Of a stretch of DNA of 64,000 bases, positions 36,255-49,528 are shown one piece after another. The DNA is from Anolis carolinensis (lineage: Eukaryota). The notes under the pieces were generated by a model. It saw nothing but the letters and a program-made list of their open reading frames with translations. It did not search any database and was not told the origin of the DNA. Numbering within the stretch: position 1 is the stretch's first letter; each line of letters starts with the position of its first letter. The stretch lies in the NCBI RefSeq assembly GCF_035594765.1, contig NC_085844.1:55815923-55879922 (forward strand), written 5' to 3'. The position numbers and the translations under genes were made by a program.

Positions 36255-36622
36255 TGTCATGCAGCCAGATCCCAGGGCTGAATTTCCAAGCCCTGAATCT
36301 GACTTCATAACATAAACATGCGAGCACCTGGCGGGAGAAGATAAAATGAGCCTGGGAACTCAGGGGTGAAAGTATAAACAATTATAATTGCTGTAGTGTG
36401 GGGGGGATAGAAACCTTGGTGGAAATGTGATCCAGAAGGTGGGGTTTGATGATGATATTTGCGTGTGATATTACGTTGCATCAGAAGTGATAAAATTAGA
36501 TGTATGTAAACATTAGGTCATTCTCGACTTTTCCAAAGTCATGTATTCTTCAATAAAGATTGTGTTTGAGAGCAGCTGTCTTTGATCTGCGTTCAGACTG
36601 GTCCTTTGAAGTAAGCCTGACA
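36255..36622 (+). repeat. 3' LTR (368 bp)
   Basis: Copy of 30936-31303. Confidence 0.97.
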
Positions 36623-37630
36623 CTTGGATGCGTGGAAACAAATGCATTTTTAAAGCAAGAACCTCGACCTTTCTGCTTCACACACATTGGAGTGATACAC
36701 CAGGTGCGGTTGTGTGTTGTTGTTTTTATTAATCGGATAGTGTATTTACCTGTAAGATCAAACTATTTGTATAACATACCAGTGACATACAGAAGGACCT
36801 TTTCTCAGATATGCTGAGGGAATTGAACCCTGTACAACAGAGCTGGGAGCTGCGTCTTACCTAGCAACTGTTTCTAAGTAGGACAACCTATCACTGCTCC
36901 CATGGAGGAACGAAAGGAGCTTGCAATACTGTTGGGAAGAAAGACTAATGCTAGGCCTGAGATGGAAAGGGGGAGGAGGGCACCAAAGAGCTGCGGCTCA
37001 GAGCAGGGAAGGTTTTAGGATCAATTTGGCTGTGCAAGGAATGCCTGTAGCCGAAAAAAAACAAAACAAAGGACCTTTGCAGTGGTAGCGGGGTAGTAAT
37101 TAATAAGAGGAGAGGAGCTTAAGCATTAAGGATACTAGAAAGCTTTCTTGTTTAAAGCAAAGATTCATGATACCATACACATTTAAAGCACAAAAAACCC
37201 CCAAAATTAGCTGCAGAAATCCACATTCCTCTTAAAATATTGTTTCTAAAAATGAGTCTAATATCTCACAAACTCCAAACTTTGTCATTCACAAATACAC
37301 ATCTATATTCCTTCCAAATTAAAGTCAACCTGAGAATTAAGATTTACATGGTTTTTGGAACATTTTAAAATTAAGGCTTTGACAGTTGGCACTGAGTAAA
37401 ATCTGGATGTTACAGATGGAAGCCTTAGATAGGTGAGATGAGTATGGAGGACTAGGACATTTTGGCAAGTTCATTTCCCTGATGTTTTTAGGCACTTGCA
37501 TATTGAAATAAAAATTAAATAGCTTGCAGTCCCTCTGTTTAACAACAGTATTTTTAACTCTCTTCTCCCCCATCCTGATAATTGCTTCCCATCATGGGGC
37601 CTAGAGAAGCTTGCAGTGATTGTTTTAGCC

Positions 37631-37631
<1 letters not shown>

Positions 37632-37666
<35 letters not shown>
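37632..37666. repeat. (CA)n microsatellite
   Basis: Direct reading. Confidence 0.9.
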
Positions 37667-37668
<2 letters not shown>

Positions 37669-37760
37669 TACATCTATCAGGTATAGGATCAATGTTGTGG
37701 AGCAGAAGGCCCTTCCTCCCAGCCCCCTATTTAATCTACTACAAATTGCAAGATAGATAG

Positions 37761-38267
<507 letters not shown>

Positions 38268-39481
38268 TGATGTCATTTATGCCAGACTGTGACTTTGGGT
38301 CAGCTTCTGTGCGAATATCAGATTAGTGATATTGATTAGGAATTATTTAAAAAGTCAAGTGTGCAGAAGGATCAGGCATGCATCTACCTGAACTGCTTTT
38401 CAAATTCCTTCATATAATTCACTTTATCATACTTAGTGATGCAGGATTTTAACAGTCTTGGTGTTGAGCAAAATATTCTCTTCTCTCGAAGGAGGTCCCT
38501 GGGTTTTGCTCATTTCTCCCTCCACTTGTCACCCTCAATTCCACATCCCATGTTGCTCTGGAAAGACCCTGAACCTTACTAGGAAGGTACTACAGTGGGA
38601 AGAAGGCAATTCCCAGTATGCCTTATTATTCTAAATGCTTTCCACGAATTACTCAATGTATTTTCCATGTAAACGTCCACTCTTTTTTATAGTGACTTTT
38701 AACTGTATCTGTTTTAATTTTTGTAAGCTACTTTTGGTCCCAGTATTGTGAAAGGCAAAGTATGAATGGAATAATAACACCAAGAACAACATCAGAAGTG
38801 TTTTCTGCACTCTTATTCCCCAAACCAAGGCAGCGCTGAACATGGAGTTCAGTGTTGCGTCTCTTCTGAATTAAAGACGGCTTTCAAAAGCAGGCTGTGA
38901 TATTACATTGAGGATGAAATGTCTTATTGAGAGATATATTAGAAAACAGTAGGTTATAGTTCTTGAGCATATTAAAGTAGCTTTTTGAATTGTGGTCTTC
39001 ACTTTTTCTCCAGAGAAAGTTTGTGACATGTTCTTGATATAGGAGACACATGGCTATTCTAACCTTATGCAGAAGAAATGGAAAACAGGGTGTGAGACAT
39101 TGCATGTGTGTTACAAAATCATATGGTGCAGATGGATTCCCATTGAGTCTATTGTATTCTTTTTCCATCTGCCTATATAAATTCTTAAGGAAGAGAACAT
39201 CACATTTGTACAGAGCTAAAACAGGGTAGGTCTAGAATTCAGGAAATTTCTTATTTTCTCCTCATAGCACCACAAACCCAATTTGGCTGTGGCCTGATTG
39301 GTCACTGTACTTATATGTATGCAAACGTATTCATATACATGCCTACATCAAACTGCAAAGAGGGAAGCTTCTTTTCTCCCAAAGGGAAGAATCTATTATT
39401 GCCTCATATTTGAATTCCCAATACAGAACAGAGGCATGCTGGAATTTTGCTCAGATGTTTATGAACACACAATATTTCCAG

Positions 39482-39484
<3 letters not shown>

Positions 39485-39515
<31 letters not shown>
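39485..39515. repeat. (CA)n microsatellite
   Basis: Direct reading. Confidence 0.9.
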
Positions 39516-39518
<3 letters not shown>

Positions 39519-39722
39519 CTCAAGCCTCATTTTTTCATATATATCTGAAAACTATATATTGGAAAACAAATATATATGAGATTCAAGCCTGATTTTTCAT
39601 GTATATTGAGAACAATCAACAATCAACTTGCAACTGAAAATCCCCATTAAATGTTTTAGTTTGAGTATATTTTAGTGACTGTTTCATACATAATAGGCTC
39701 TATGTGATGCTGTTGCTCTTAC

Positions 39723-40677
39723 TAGGCATATGCCAAAAAAATCGGAATAGTCGGAAATCATAAGAAAATGAAGAAATCATAAGAAATCATAAGAAGTTTT
39801 GTAAGCCAGTAGCCATATCTGAAGCGCTTCCATGGTCCACACCAAATATTTAAGAATCGAAACTAACTCTATCCTTTTTTGTTTTAGTTTTGTAAATCTC
39901 AGAAGACTCTCAAAGTCAGTTTCATATTCAGTACAAGAAAGCAAAGCCATTAAGCCAAAAGGGCTGCCTGCCAGCTTTGCCATTCCTCTCCCTGGAATTA
40001 ATGGCCTCTTGCCATTAGAAGAGGCCAGAAAAGGAGAAACAGTGAATTTTGGGAACAGCACAGAAATCCGGGAAACGTAGTTTGGGAAGGGGAGAAGCCC
40101 TATGCCAAAGAATGCAAAAGGCTCTGCCCTCTATACTACATTTCTCAGTATGCATTAGCATCAGAATGCACCAATCAGGAGAGGAAATCGGTCTGTAGCC
40201 ACTCCCAGTCAGAGCTCCCATACATTTGTTAATATTCTAAAATTTATCAAAGCTTTTGCCCCAAAAACAAAGTTTCTGGAGTAGAACAACTACTTTCAAA
40301 GTAAGGACTACACAATTAAACAGGAAATACATTGAAACTAGGAACAGATTTTCTTTATTATTAACAAATGTTGAGGTTTGAAAATTTGCCAAAAATCCGT
40401 GGATAAGTGAAACTTTTGAAATTTGGTGGGCTAACATGGTAAATGTGTTCTATCATTGTTTCACTCCAATAGCTTTAAAAATGAGCCCCTGAAGTTTCTC
40501 CAATTAAAGTAATTTTGTGCATATGCATAAATAAAATAGTAACAAAATTTTGTTACTCTCGTTATAGTAACAAAATTTTCACTAAGTATGCTTCAGAAAC
40601 ACTTTAGAAACAAATTGCCGGCACTCCCAGTTTTATAATGACTTTTGAACCATTTTTTAATGAATCACACATCTCTA
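39723..40677. mobile_element. Possible old non-autonomous DNA transposon
   Basis: Short imperfect ends TAGGCAT / CATCTCTA, similar flanks (CTCTTTAC / ACTCTTAC), clustered subterminal short repeats and a palindrome. Confidence 0.35.
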
Positions 40678-42074
40678 ACTCTTACTAAGTGATGAGGATG
40701 TAATTTTGAAGTTGCTTTAGCACAGCTTAGAATGCTTTACCTGACTTCCCTAGAAACCATTTCACCACTCTGTGCCCCTCAGTCCTTCACTTTGCCAATA
40801 TTCTATCCTGTATCTGTTTCTCACCATCCTCTCCTAAACATTATCTCTCTACCTGAGCTGGGATGTACAAAATTCTTCCGCTTGTGACTTCAACGAGTGA
40901 GAACACCCAGCCAATAGCTCTTAATACGCATATTACCAATCAGATACCCTTTCCCATTCCAGTATGAAATACATTGATGTACCAGATGAAACTGAACTTA
41001 TACATATATTTTAAGTTAAAACTCCAAAGAGTTTTTGTTTTTAAGATTTTTTTTTAAGGATAATAAGACTATTTAAAATTGTTCATGCAATCACAGTATA
41101 TACTGTAAATGCAGGATTTGTTTTTCTAAAATAAGAACTCCAACAATGTTCATAGCTGTGTCAATAAGAAACTATTGGGCTGTTCTCTGTTGCTATATCT
41201 TGATAGGATAGCGTGGCCATTTAGTGTTTTTATATTATTATTCTTTGGCAACTCTACTTCAGAAAAAAAAATTAAGCAAACCATGGTACTCATGCGACTA
41301 TTTATTATTACCTTCCTGTGTGCTAGTTAAATAGGTCTCCCTTGCTTTATAACATTTAGTTAATTTTCACTACATGTCTTGCACTAATAATGTCTGAAAC
41401 TATAAAAAGTTCTCCTTTGTATAAGGAAGTGGATTTTTTGTTCCCATAATGCAATCTGTCATTCTGAGAGTTAAGTTCTGGTAGTATAATTTAAATACAA
41501 CAATGTACAAAATAGATCTGAAAATGAACCCTATTGAAGTGTATTGCCATAATTTCCCCTGATTTAAAAATAACAATAAGAATAAGAATTGTTTAGGATT
41601 TCAGCCCGTGGTCTTGTATAAAATGTTGTTAGGAAATATGTAGATAACTTCTGTTCCAATCTGTGTTTTTAAAAACCCATTTTCCTTTTTTTGCTGATGG
41701 GGTAAATAGACACAGTACATTAATCATAGGCAATGAAATTTTTTGAGTAATATGTTATTAAATTATTTCAGTATGTAGAATATTAACAAGAACCTAAATT
41801 CACCAATATAAATTTTATATGGAAAATGGAATCTAATCCTTTTTAAGGTAATGAGAAATGTGATTAAAATGTATGACTCACAAGCACACAATTCTAATTC
41901 TTTCTTTCTTTGTTTGTTGGCATTCAATTAGAATTATTTTAATGATTAGGAATGGAGTCAATTTTAAATGCCAGCATCTTTAATAAATCCTTTCCATGCC
42001 TATACAGATTAATATTGTAGATGCAAACTTTTTTTAGGTCACAGTGCACCAGGCATCCATCAGAAGTCAGTGCT

Positions 42075-42222
42075 NNNNNNNNNNNNNNNNNNNNNNNNNN
42101 NNNNNNNNNNNNNNNNNNNNNNNNNNNNNNNNNNNNNNNNNNNNNNNNNNNNNNNNNNNNNNNNNNNNNNNNNNNNNNNNNNNNNNNNNNNNNNNNNNNN
42201 NNNNNNNNNNNNNNNNNNNNNN
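42075..42222. other. N gap (148 bp)
   Basis: Run of N. Confidence 0.99.
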
Positions 42223-42731
42223 CTCAGAGTTGATCTTAAAGTATCCAAAGAGAATTTACCTGCAGTTCTGTTTTACGTTTATAGACATTGCCCCAATGTA
42301 GCTGTGGGATATAATTTTTAACGGTAACATATTTAAATACAAGATTGTTTGTTAAATTTAACTTTTGAGCAAATGCAAAGCAAATAAATAAAAAAGACTT
42401 CAGATTCTATTGTTTGCAAATAGAATCTTTTTTAAAATCTTGCTTTTGATTTTCAATGTGGTGTGGTTCATTCTGAAATTACTATGGTAAGAGCAAAATG
42501 ATTGAGGCAAGAAGGAAAGGGTAGTTTCTAAATGTTTTAGATTTAAATGTTATTTGATTATGTTTTTACCAGACATACAGGAATGGTTCTTTTACAAAGA
42601 GAAGAAAAGAAAATTAGGATTTGAATGTAGAGCTGAGCAATCATGGCTGGTGCCTATTATAGCAACAGTATAATCAGAAATTATAGGTTTCCTGGATAAT
42701 TGTACCCTTTGCAATTGCTGTGAGTTAATGA

Positions 42732-42953
<222 letters not shown>

Positions 42954-45900
42954 TAGAGGGGATTGTAGCATATATTATTGATCAGAGTCAATTGGGGAGT
43001 GCTTCATCACAAGAACTTGTGAGTACTTCATCAGAATGGGAGCAAAGGGATGGAGAACCAGAAGGGGAAAGAGACACCTATTTGCAGGAAGTCCATATAT
43101 GAAGCCATTAAAAGATAACTCCAAGAACTATCTGGAGTGCTATACAAGAAAAACGTCTCTCTGTACTATGGATGTGATTGACTTTTTTTTTTTTACAATT
43201 AGGGAAGTACGTGAATATGGTAGAATTTAAAGTGTTTAAAGTGTTTAAAGTTGCCGGCTCTTAATATCTATGGATTTGGCAAGAACATTTTTGCTACAGC
43301 TGTTGAAAAATAAAGAAAATTCCAAAGCTCAAAATATTGGGCTATTTTTCACATTAGAGTTCTGTATAATAATACAGCACCAAATGACCTAATGGCTTGT
43401 AATTTATGTGTTTGTGAATAAATATGCACCTATCTATATGCTAATAAGGCAGAATCAAGTACTAAACATGTTGAGTTCAAGTTCTGCTTAGCCTTCTACA
43501 TCATTTTTATTGGAATAACAAATACTAATCTTCCACTTGAAAACCAACAAAGAGTAGTTATATCTGTGAAATGTAACTATTTATATCTGTTAGTTACCGT
43601 ACTCTTTTGATATGGCAAAATTATAATTTCCCACTTTCAGTTTTGTTTCTTTGTTGGTCACTGAGTTTGTTCTCAGTGCATGATTCATTGTTCCAGATGT
43701 TTTCCTGAGAGGTCACTTGAGGAACTGAGTCATTGAGAAGGAGCATCATTGTCAATTACCAGTGAAAACATAAAGCTTCATCAAGATCCTTTCTTGTGGG
43801 GCATAAGTGGAGGCTGATTTTTTTTCCAATTGGGATTCCATTGCTCTCCTGAGATTTACTATTACTGTTGTGAATTTTTTTCAGGGAATTATTATTTGCT
43901 TAGTGAAACATTAGAGTTAGATTTCTGGGTGAGCTACATGATTATCCCACAAGTTTAGAAATACATGATAAAAGAATAAAACAAGAAGATCAGCATCACC
44001 ATCATCATTACCACTGCTATTAGATTTTGTATCTTCATATTACACTCTTACAGGATTCCAGGTGGCTAACATTTTACATCAAAGGGTAGGAATTTCTTTC
44101 AGTGCAAGAACATAACTTAGGGCTTGCCTATACAGATCACAAAAACCTGTAGTGGCCAAGAAGTCACTCTTGAATCTTTAGATGTCATCGAGGGTGTTCC
44201 AGTCCTTAATGCAGGGTAAACTGGGTTGAATCACTTTAGTCTCATGTTAAGAAAAGTCAGGGAATGCTCTAGAGTTTTGGTAACTTTGATGGAACCAAAT
44301 ATACTAGGCTCTTTTTGCTGAAATCTCTTACTTCTAGTAGCTATGCCTTCAGAGATGCATTTTAACCTTTTGGAATAGAGAACATATACAAAAGCTCAAT
44401 AACCACCAAACAGTGGTGTCATAGTGATGATACAGTTTTCACTGGCAGCTTTAAATCACAAAATAGTGGGGAATACTGGGCTGGGGAGAGGGAAGCAGAA
44501 AAGCTTGGTAGCTGGTTTGAGAAGGCTAGATAACTTCCTGTCTTAAGATGCTTTCAAGGCAAATTTAGGTAATCAATAAACAGGGAAGCATATAAATATA
44601 TTTACAATATGTTTTAAAGATGGAGCAGGTTGCCCTGAATGACAATTGGAACAATGTAGTGATTTTTTTTTTTACCATATTGTAAAAGAGGGTTTGCTGA
44701 CCCAGGCTGCCATTTTCAAGGCAAATATAAAACATGTATGCCCCCTTCCCAAAATCATACAAATAGAAGTATTTGTACCTTGCAATCATCTGTTTTGGTT
44801 GCAAATTTAGGATTTTCAGCTATGTTCTTGATTTCTTTTTCCACCTTCCCGGGAGGGGGGGGGGGGGGCGAGGGAAAATGAGAAAAAATATACTTATCAC
44901 TGAAGCTGCTATTTCTGGAAGGGTCATGATAATGGTGTGTCATAGCCATCATGCCAAATGGATACATGCAGGAGATCTGTTCAAGTACACCTTTCAAAGG
45001 ATTATCAGCCTACGTATTTTAAGCCAACCAAAGTATCTTCAGGGTCAGCCAAAAGGTTACAGATTTGTAATGACGGTGCTAGTGCTAGTTCAGCTCTAAT
45101 GATACTATTACTCAAGCTATTGAGCTGCCACTCCTTGGGGCAGAGGTCGCTTGTGTTTAATTTCTAGACAGAGGCTATGAGAGGGCTTCCAATCAAGTGT
45201 CTAAGAAATAAGATTATGGTGGGCATAAAGCCAACAATACCACCTTACTATTGCTTCTCTAATGATTCATAGGTAGCATCTAGGGGAGAAAAACATTCTT
45301 TACTTCCAGTCCAAGCAATCAGTTTAAAATTTCAAGAAAATCTTCACAAGGAAAAATGGCCAAGGAATGTGTTTTTAAATGAAGCAAAGGATTAGAGTTG
45401 ACATTTCTAGATCCCTGGAGTCACTGAGAAAAGGGGGAACAGCCACTGCTTTTTAGGCCCTGAAGGCCAGCTGTGATTATGCATCCAGTAAGGAATATCT
45501 TTTTGGTGCTCCTTTGAAAGGAAATCTACCTGAAATCCAATTAATATAAGTCAGCTTTAGGCCAACATCTTCATAGATAATAGCAATTTTTTAAAGATTT
45601 CCTCAGCATCAGGAGACATGATTTAAAGCAGAGAGAAACGGCATTATTCAGCACATGTAAAAATCTAACCAAAAGCATCAGAATTTAGAAATCAGCATAG
45701 GACACGAAACCTATACCAAACTATTGCTATTGCCAATGTTCTCACGGATACTGAACAAATGGCTTAAATATTATGATTTTCGCCAGCTGTAGAAGGCAAA
45801 CAGCTCAGTGTTAGTTAGAGAATATTTCAGAGATATGAGAGGAATTTCCAAGAGAGTTGAGACGCATGCTTAATTTGTACCAGGGCTTAGACTCTTTGAA

Positions 45901-47901
45901 GGTTATAGTCTGAAGGTAATTCATTCCCATAACTCACTGCAGGTGTGTTTTCCAATTGCACTATTGCCATTTCTTGTTACATTTAATAATTAACTCATGG
46001 AGGTCTCCAATTCTCCACCCTTCATTTATCATATCATCTAAAACAATTCTAAGTCCAAACAAAACATACAAATATCCAAAGAAGAGAGGTGACAGATCAA
46101 TGGGAAAGGAAGTCGAAGTGCTTTAGATTTCCTCAAAAAGGAACCAAGAGGAACAGGCATTGGAACCAATTTGTCATTGGCAGCTCTACCCGAAATAGAT
46201 ACTAGCCTTTATAGTAATTGTCACGAATACATTTGTACAGGTATTTGTGCATCTTTTGAAAGACACTACTATTTCAGAACCATGGTCAATCTGCGTTGAG
46301 ATTTCATTGTGTTTGTCACTTTCTCCAACATAATCTCTTACCTTCTAGCACTTAGGAAAAAGAAAGTGCCTACATTAGCAAGCTACTATGATTTAATTGT
46401 TAAGAAGTGGTAATGCAACCACATATACTTTTGCTTTCTATGTTCTGTGGGTGTATGGGGCCTGCATTTCAACATACAGGTCTGTTAGCGTCATATGCCT
46501 ATTTACATGGCCTTACTTTTCTGCTCTTCATTCCAATAAAATGATATATTTTGGAGAAATTCATGGTGTAATTTACAAAGAATTACCATAAAATCTTATT
46601 CATGCTAGTAATCCTTTGTTTCCAATAGAAAAGAAAAAAAATTAGTCATAACATTAAAATGCATTGGATGTCAATTGCTAACAATTAAATTCTTATGTAT
46701 GTGATGGACTTCATTTTTAGTATGTTCCTGTATCATTTGCAATACAAAGATGGTTTTAATTTGTTAAAGGCAAACTTTCATTAATGTTATGGTAGTTTAG
46801 TTTTCTTATATTTTATTTAAAGAAAAATAATTTACTGGATTATCAAAAAAAAGATATCCTGTATTTTTGACAGACCATCTCCCCAAATACTCAACTTGGT
46901 TTTTAGGTGTAAGAAAGTTTATAACAGAAATACTGGAGAAAAATGTATTCCCAAATATGCTTCTGTCCCTTTGTGTGTGCATGTGCCTTTAAAGATTTAA
47001 CGCCTAAGGAAAAAAATACTTTGAATTCCTTCCACTATTCCTTTTCTCCCCTGGGGATTAAAGAATTTTACAGCCATATTAGTCTTTCATAAGGTAATTC
47101 TTTTCTGAAAAAGAAACTTCCTGGTCTGGAGTGTGTGAACCCAACCTTCTTTGATTGGCCTATTCAAATGTAATCACTCCCAGTGGGTAGGTGGTTCATT
47201 AGGCCATGAATATTTATAGTCCCTTGTAAAACCCACCAGGTCTGATATGCCACAGTCACATTCTCATTGTACCAAGGAGTATGTAAAATGCATAAACAGC
47301 TTGGCTATTTGGCTATGGGTTTTTCTCCATACAAGTCCTTATGCTCCATACAGATCCTTATGGTCACATTCTGAACTATCTGATTTTGTCTCCAAAAACT
47401 CTTGTCGCTGATTTGGATTCCATTGCACATTTTATAAAAAAAAATAATGTCCATAAAATAATATTATTAATTATTATTAATATTATTAATAATAATATAG
47501 TGTTTTTGTTTTCCTTTGGCATTTTCAGTATGTGGAGTTATATGTCGTTGCCATTTTACCCAATCATAGATTTCACACTGAGTACTGCTTCATGACATGT
47601 TCTTGCCATCTTTCTTTATATATCTCTACATATGAAATAGAATTGGCTCATTTTGCCACATCTTGTGATCGGCTAATCATACAGTAATTAACCTCTTTAG
47701 TCTGAAAATGTAGCATAATTCTAAATGTCTTTGATATACTGTATGTTCTTTATTTGCTCATGTGAAAATCTGCACATTAAGTTAAGACTCATGATTGGGT
47801 AAGTGTGGTCCTGTTTATACCAAATAATACCAAATATAAAACTAATAATCAACATAGTGTTGATTAGCTCAATCAGTTGATAGTATGGCATAATTAGAAA
47901 A

Positions 47902-47927
47902 CTCTCTCTCTCTCTCTCTCTCTCTCT
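47902..47927. repeat. (CT)n microsatellite
   Basis: Direct reading. Confidence 0.9.
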
Positions 47928-49326
47928 TTCCATATATATATATCATAGATTTTTTAAGAAAAATATCTAGTTTTTGTATTATAAGGAAAAGATAAGATCA
48001 TGATTTCGTTCACACTAGAAATGGTTATGCAGAACAATAGCAGTGGGGGCATAACTATTGGTAACAAGAAACTGTAATGGAGCAGCAGAGTTTGATTGAG
48101 CCAAGTCTCCCTGAATCAGAAATACCCAGCTCTGAACCACAGGGAATTTCCCCACGATCCTTCATCACCTAATTCCCATGAAGGGAAAGTGGGAATCCAA
48201 GTGATCCTCAGAAATGAAGTTGGTTGATTGTAGTATCTAGGGTACTCACTTCATCTTCCATTCTGTTGCTTCCCTCGTTGGCTCAATGTAGATTATTTGG
48301 GCTATTTAGAACAATAGTGCTCCAGTATTTTGAATTGCACATAGAACCTCCACAAGTAAAGAATATTCTCTGCAGCAGACATTTTCCTTTAATTTATGGA
48401 AAGTAATGGGGGATGGTGACAGAAGGGTTCATTCCCTTTTAATGGAAAGCCTAAAAAGGGCATCTCTCTTGCACAAGTTTCACATATCAAAAATCAAGAT
48501 CATATTAAGTAGCTCAACTGTATGAGACTTGCTTGTATACAAATTATACACTGATGTACAATATCATAAGTATTGCCACTGCTGCTTTGACATTCTGGGT
48601 GAAATGTGAAATAATATTTAAAAATTTGAGTAACTTTTTGTTGGGCTGCCTATCTCCAAGAATACTTTATAGCAAGTTGAGTCTTCCTCAGTGTGTAAGG
48701 AACTATGCAAATATAATGAGAGCCTGGCAGCAAAAGCAATAGAAACTGGTGTTGAGTGATATTCCACAGAAAGCACACAGAACCTTTAGCCTGCTATTTC
48801 CTGCACCACAAAAAATCAAGACTAAACATAAACCAAAGTTGTGTGCTTTCTGGTGATGTCTGGCGTGGATGTCAGGAGGAGGGACTAACTTTTGACATAC
48901 TACTTATTTACTGTCAGACTCTCCCATTCATTTCCATCAGTTTAATGCAGTGTAATACATTGTTCTGCTTACTGAAAATGTGGTCACTCAGAATCCCTTG
49001 CAGTTTTTGCTGTAGGCTACATGCTACTTTGAGACTTCATGCTGGTTCATTCAATTTGCATATGACTGATATGAAAACATATAATAATTCTTAACTATTA
49101 ACTATTAGTATTTATAAAAGTGGTGGGTGTTTTTTTACTTGAAATCAAATCTTATTTGATTTTGCTTACCACATTAGCAACCTTGCTTCGAGATCTCTTC
49201 TCTGTAAAATTCATATCCAATTGTATGCTTTGTTTTTAGGATAATGGGATGCATCCTCACTAAATATAAATAAAAACATCCCCAATAAGACTGTAGGACT
49301 TATATAATAAATGGGTATCTAATTAG

Positions 49327-49528
49327 TGAGAAGACAGGAAAGTTTGGAGAAGATAATGATGTTGGGGAAAATGTAAGGAAAAAGGAAGAGGGGCCGACCA
49401 AGGGCAAGATGGCTGGATGGTATCTTTGAGGTGACTAGCTTGACCTTGAAGGAACTGGGAGCTCTGGCGTGGGCTGGTCCATGAGGTTGCGAAGAGTTGG
49501 AAGCTACTGAATGAATAAACAACAACAA
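49327..49528 (+). mobile_element. RTE/Bov-B LINE 3' end fragment
   Basis: Encodes RRQESLEKIMMLGKM*GKRKRGRPRARWLDGI, the Bov-B-type C-terminus, and ends in (CAA)n. Confidence 0.85.

Larger units (their letters stand above)
30936..36622 (+). mobile_element. Full-length Ty3/Gypsy LTR retrotransposon (sushi/Tf1-like, no chromodomain), 5687 bp
   Basis: Two 368-bp TGTCA...TGACA LTRs, intact gag-pol in the order CA-NC-PR-RT-RH-IN, polypurine tract, TSD CTTGGA at 30930-30935 and 36623-36628. Confidence 0.98.

Noticed and set aside
47047-47057. EBF-like site TCCCCTGGGGA suggesting feedback regulation
   Set aside because: A single short motif in 64 kb is expected by chance; no conservation data.
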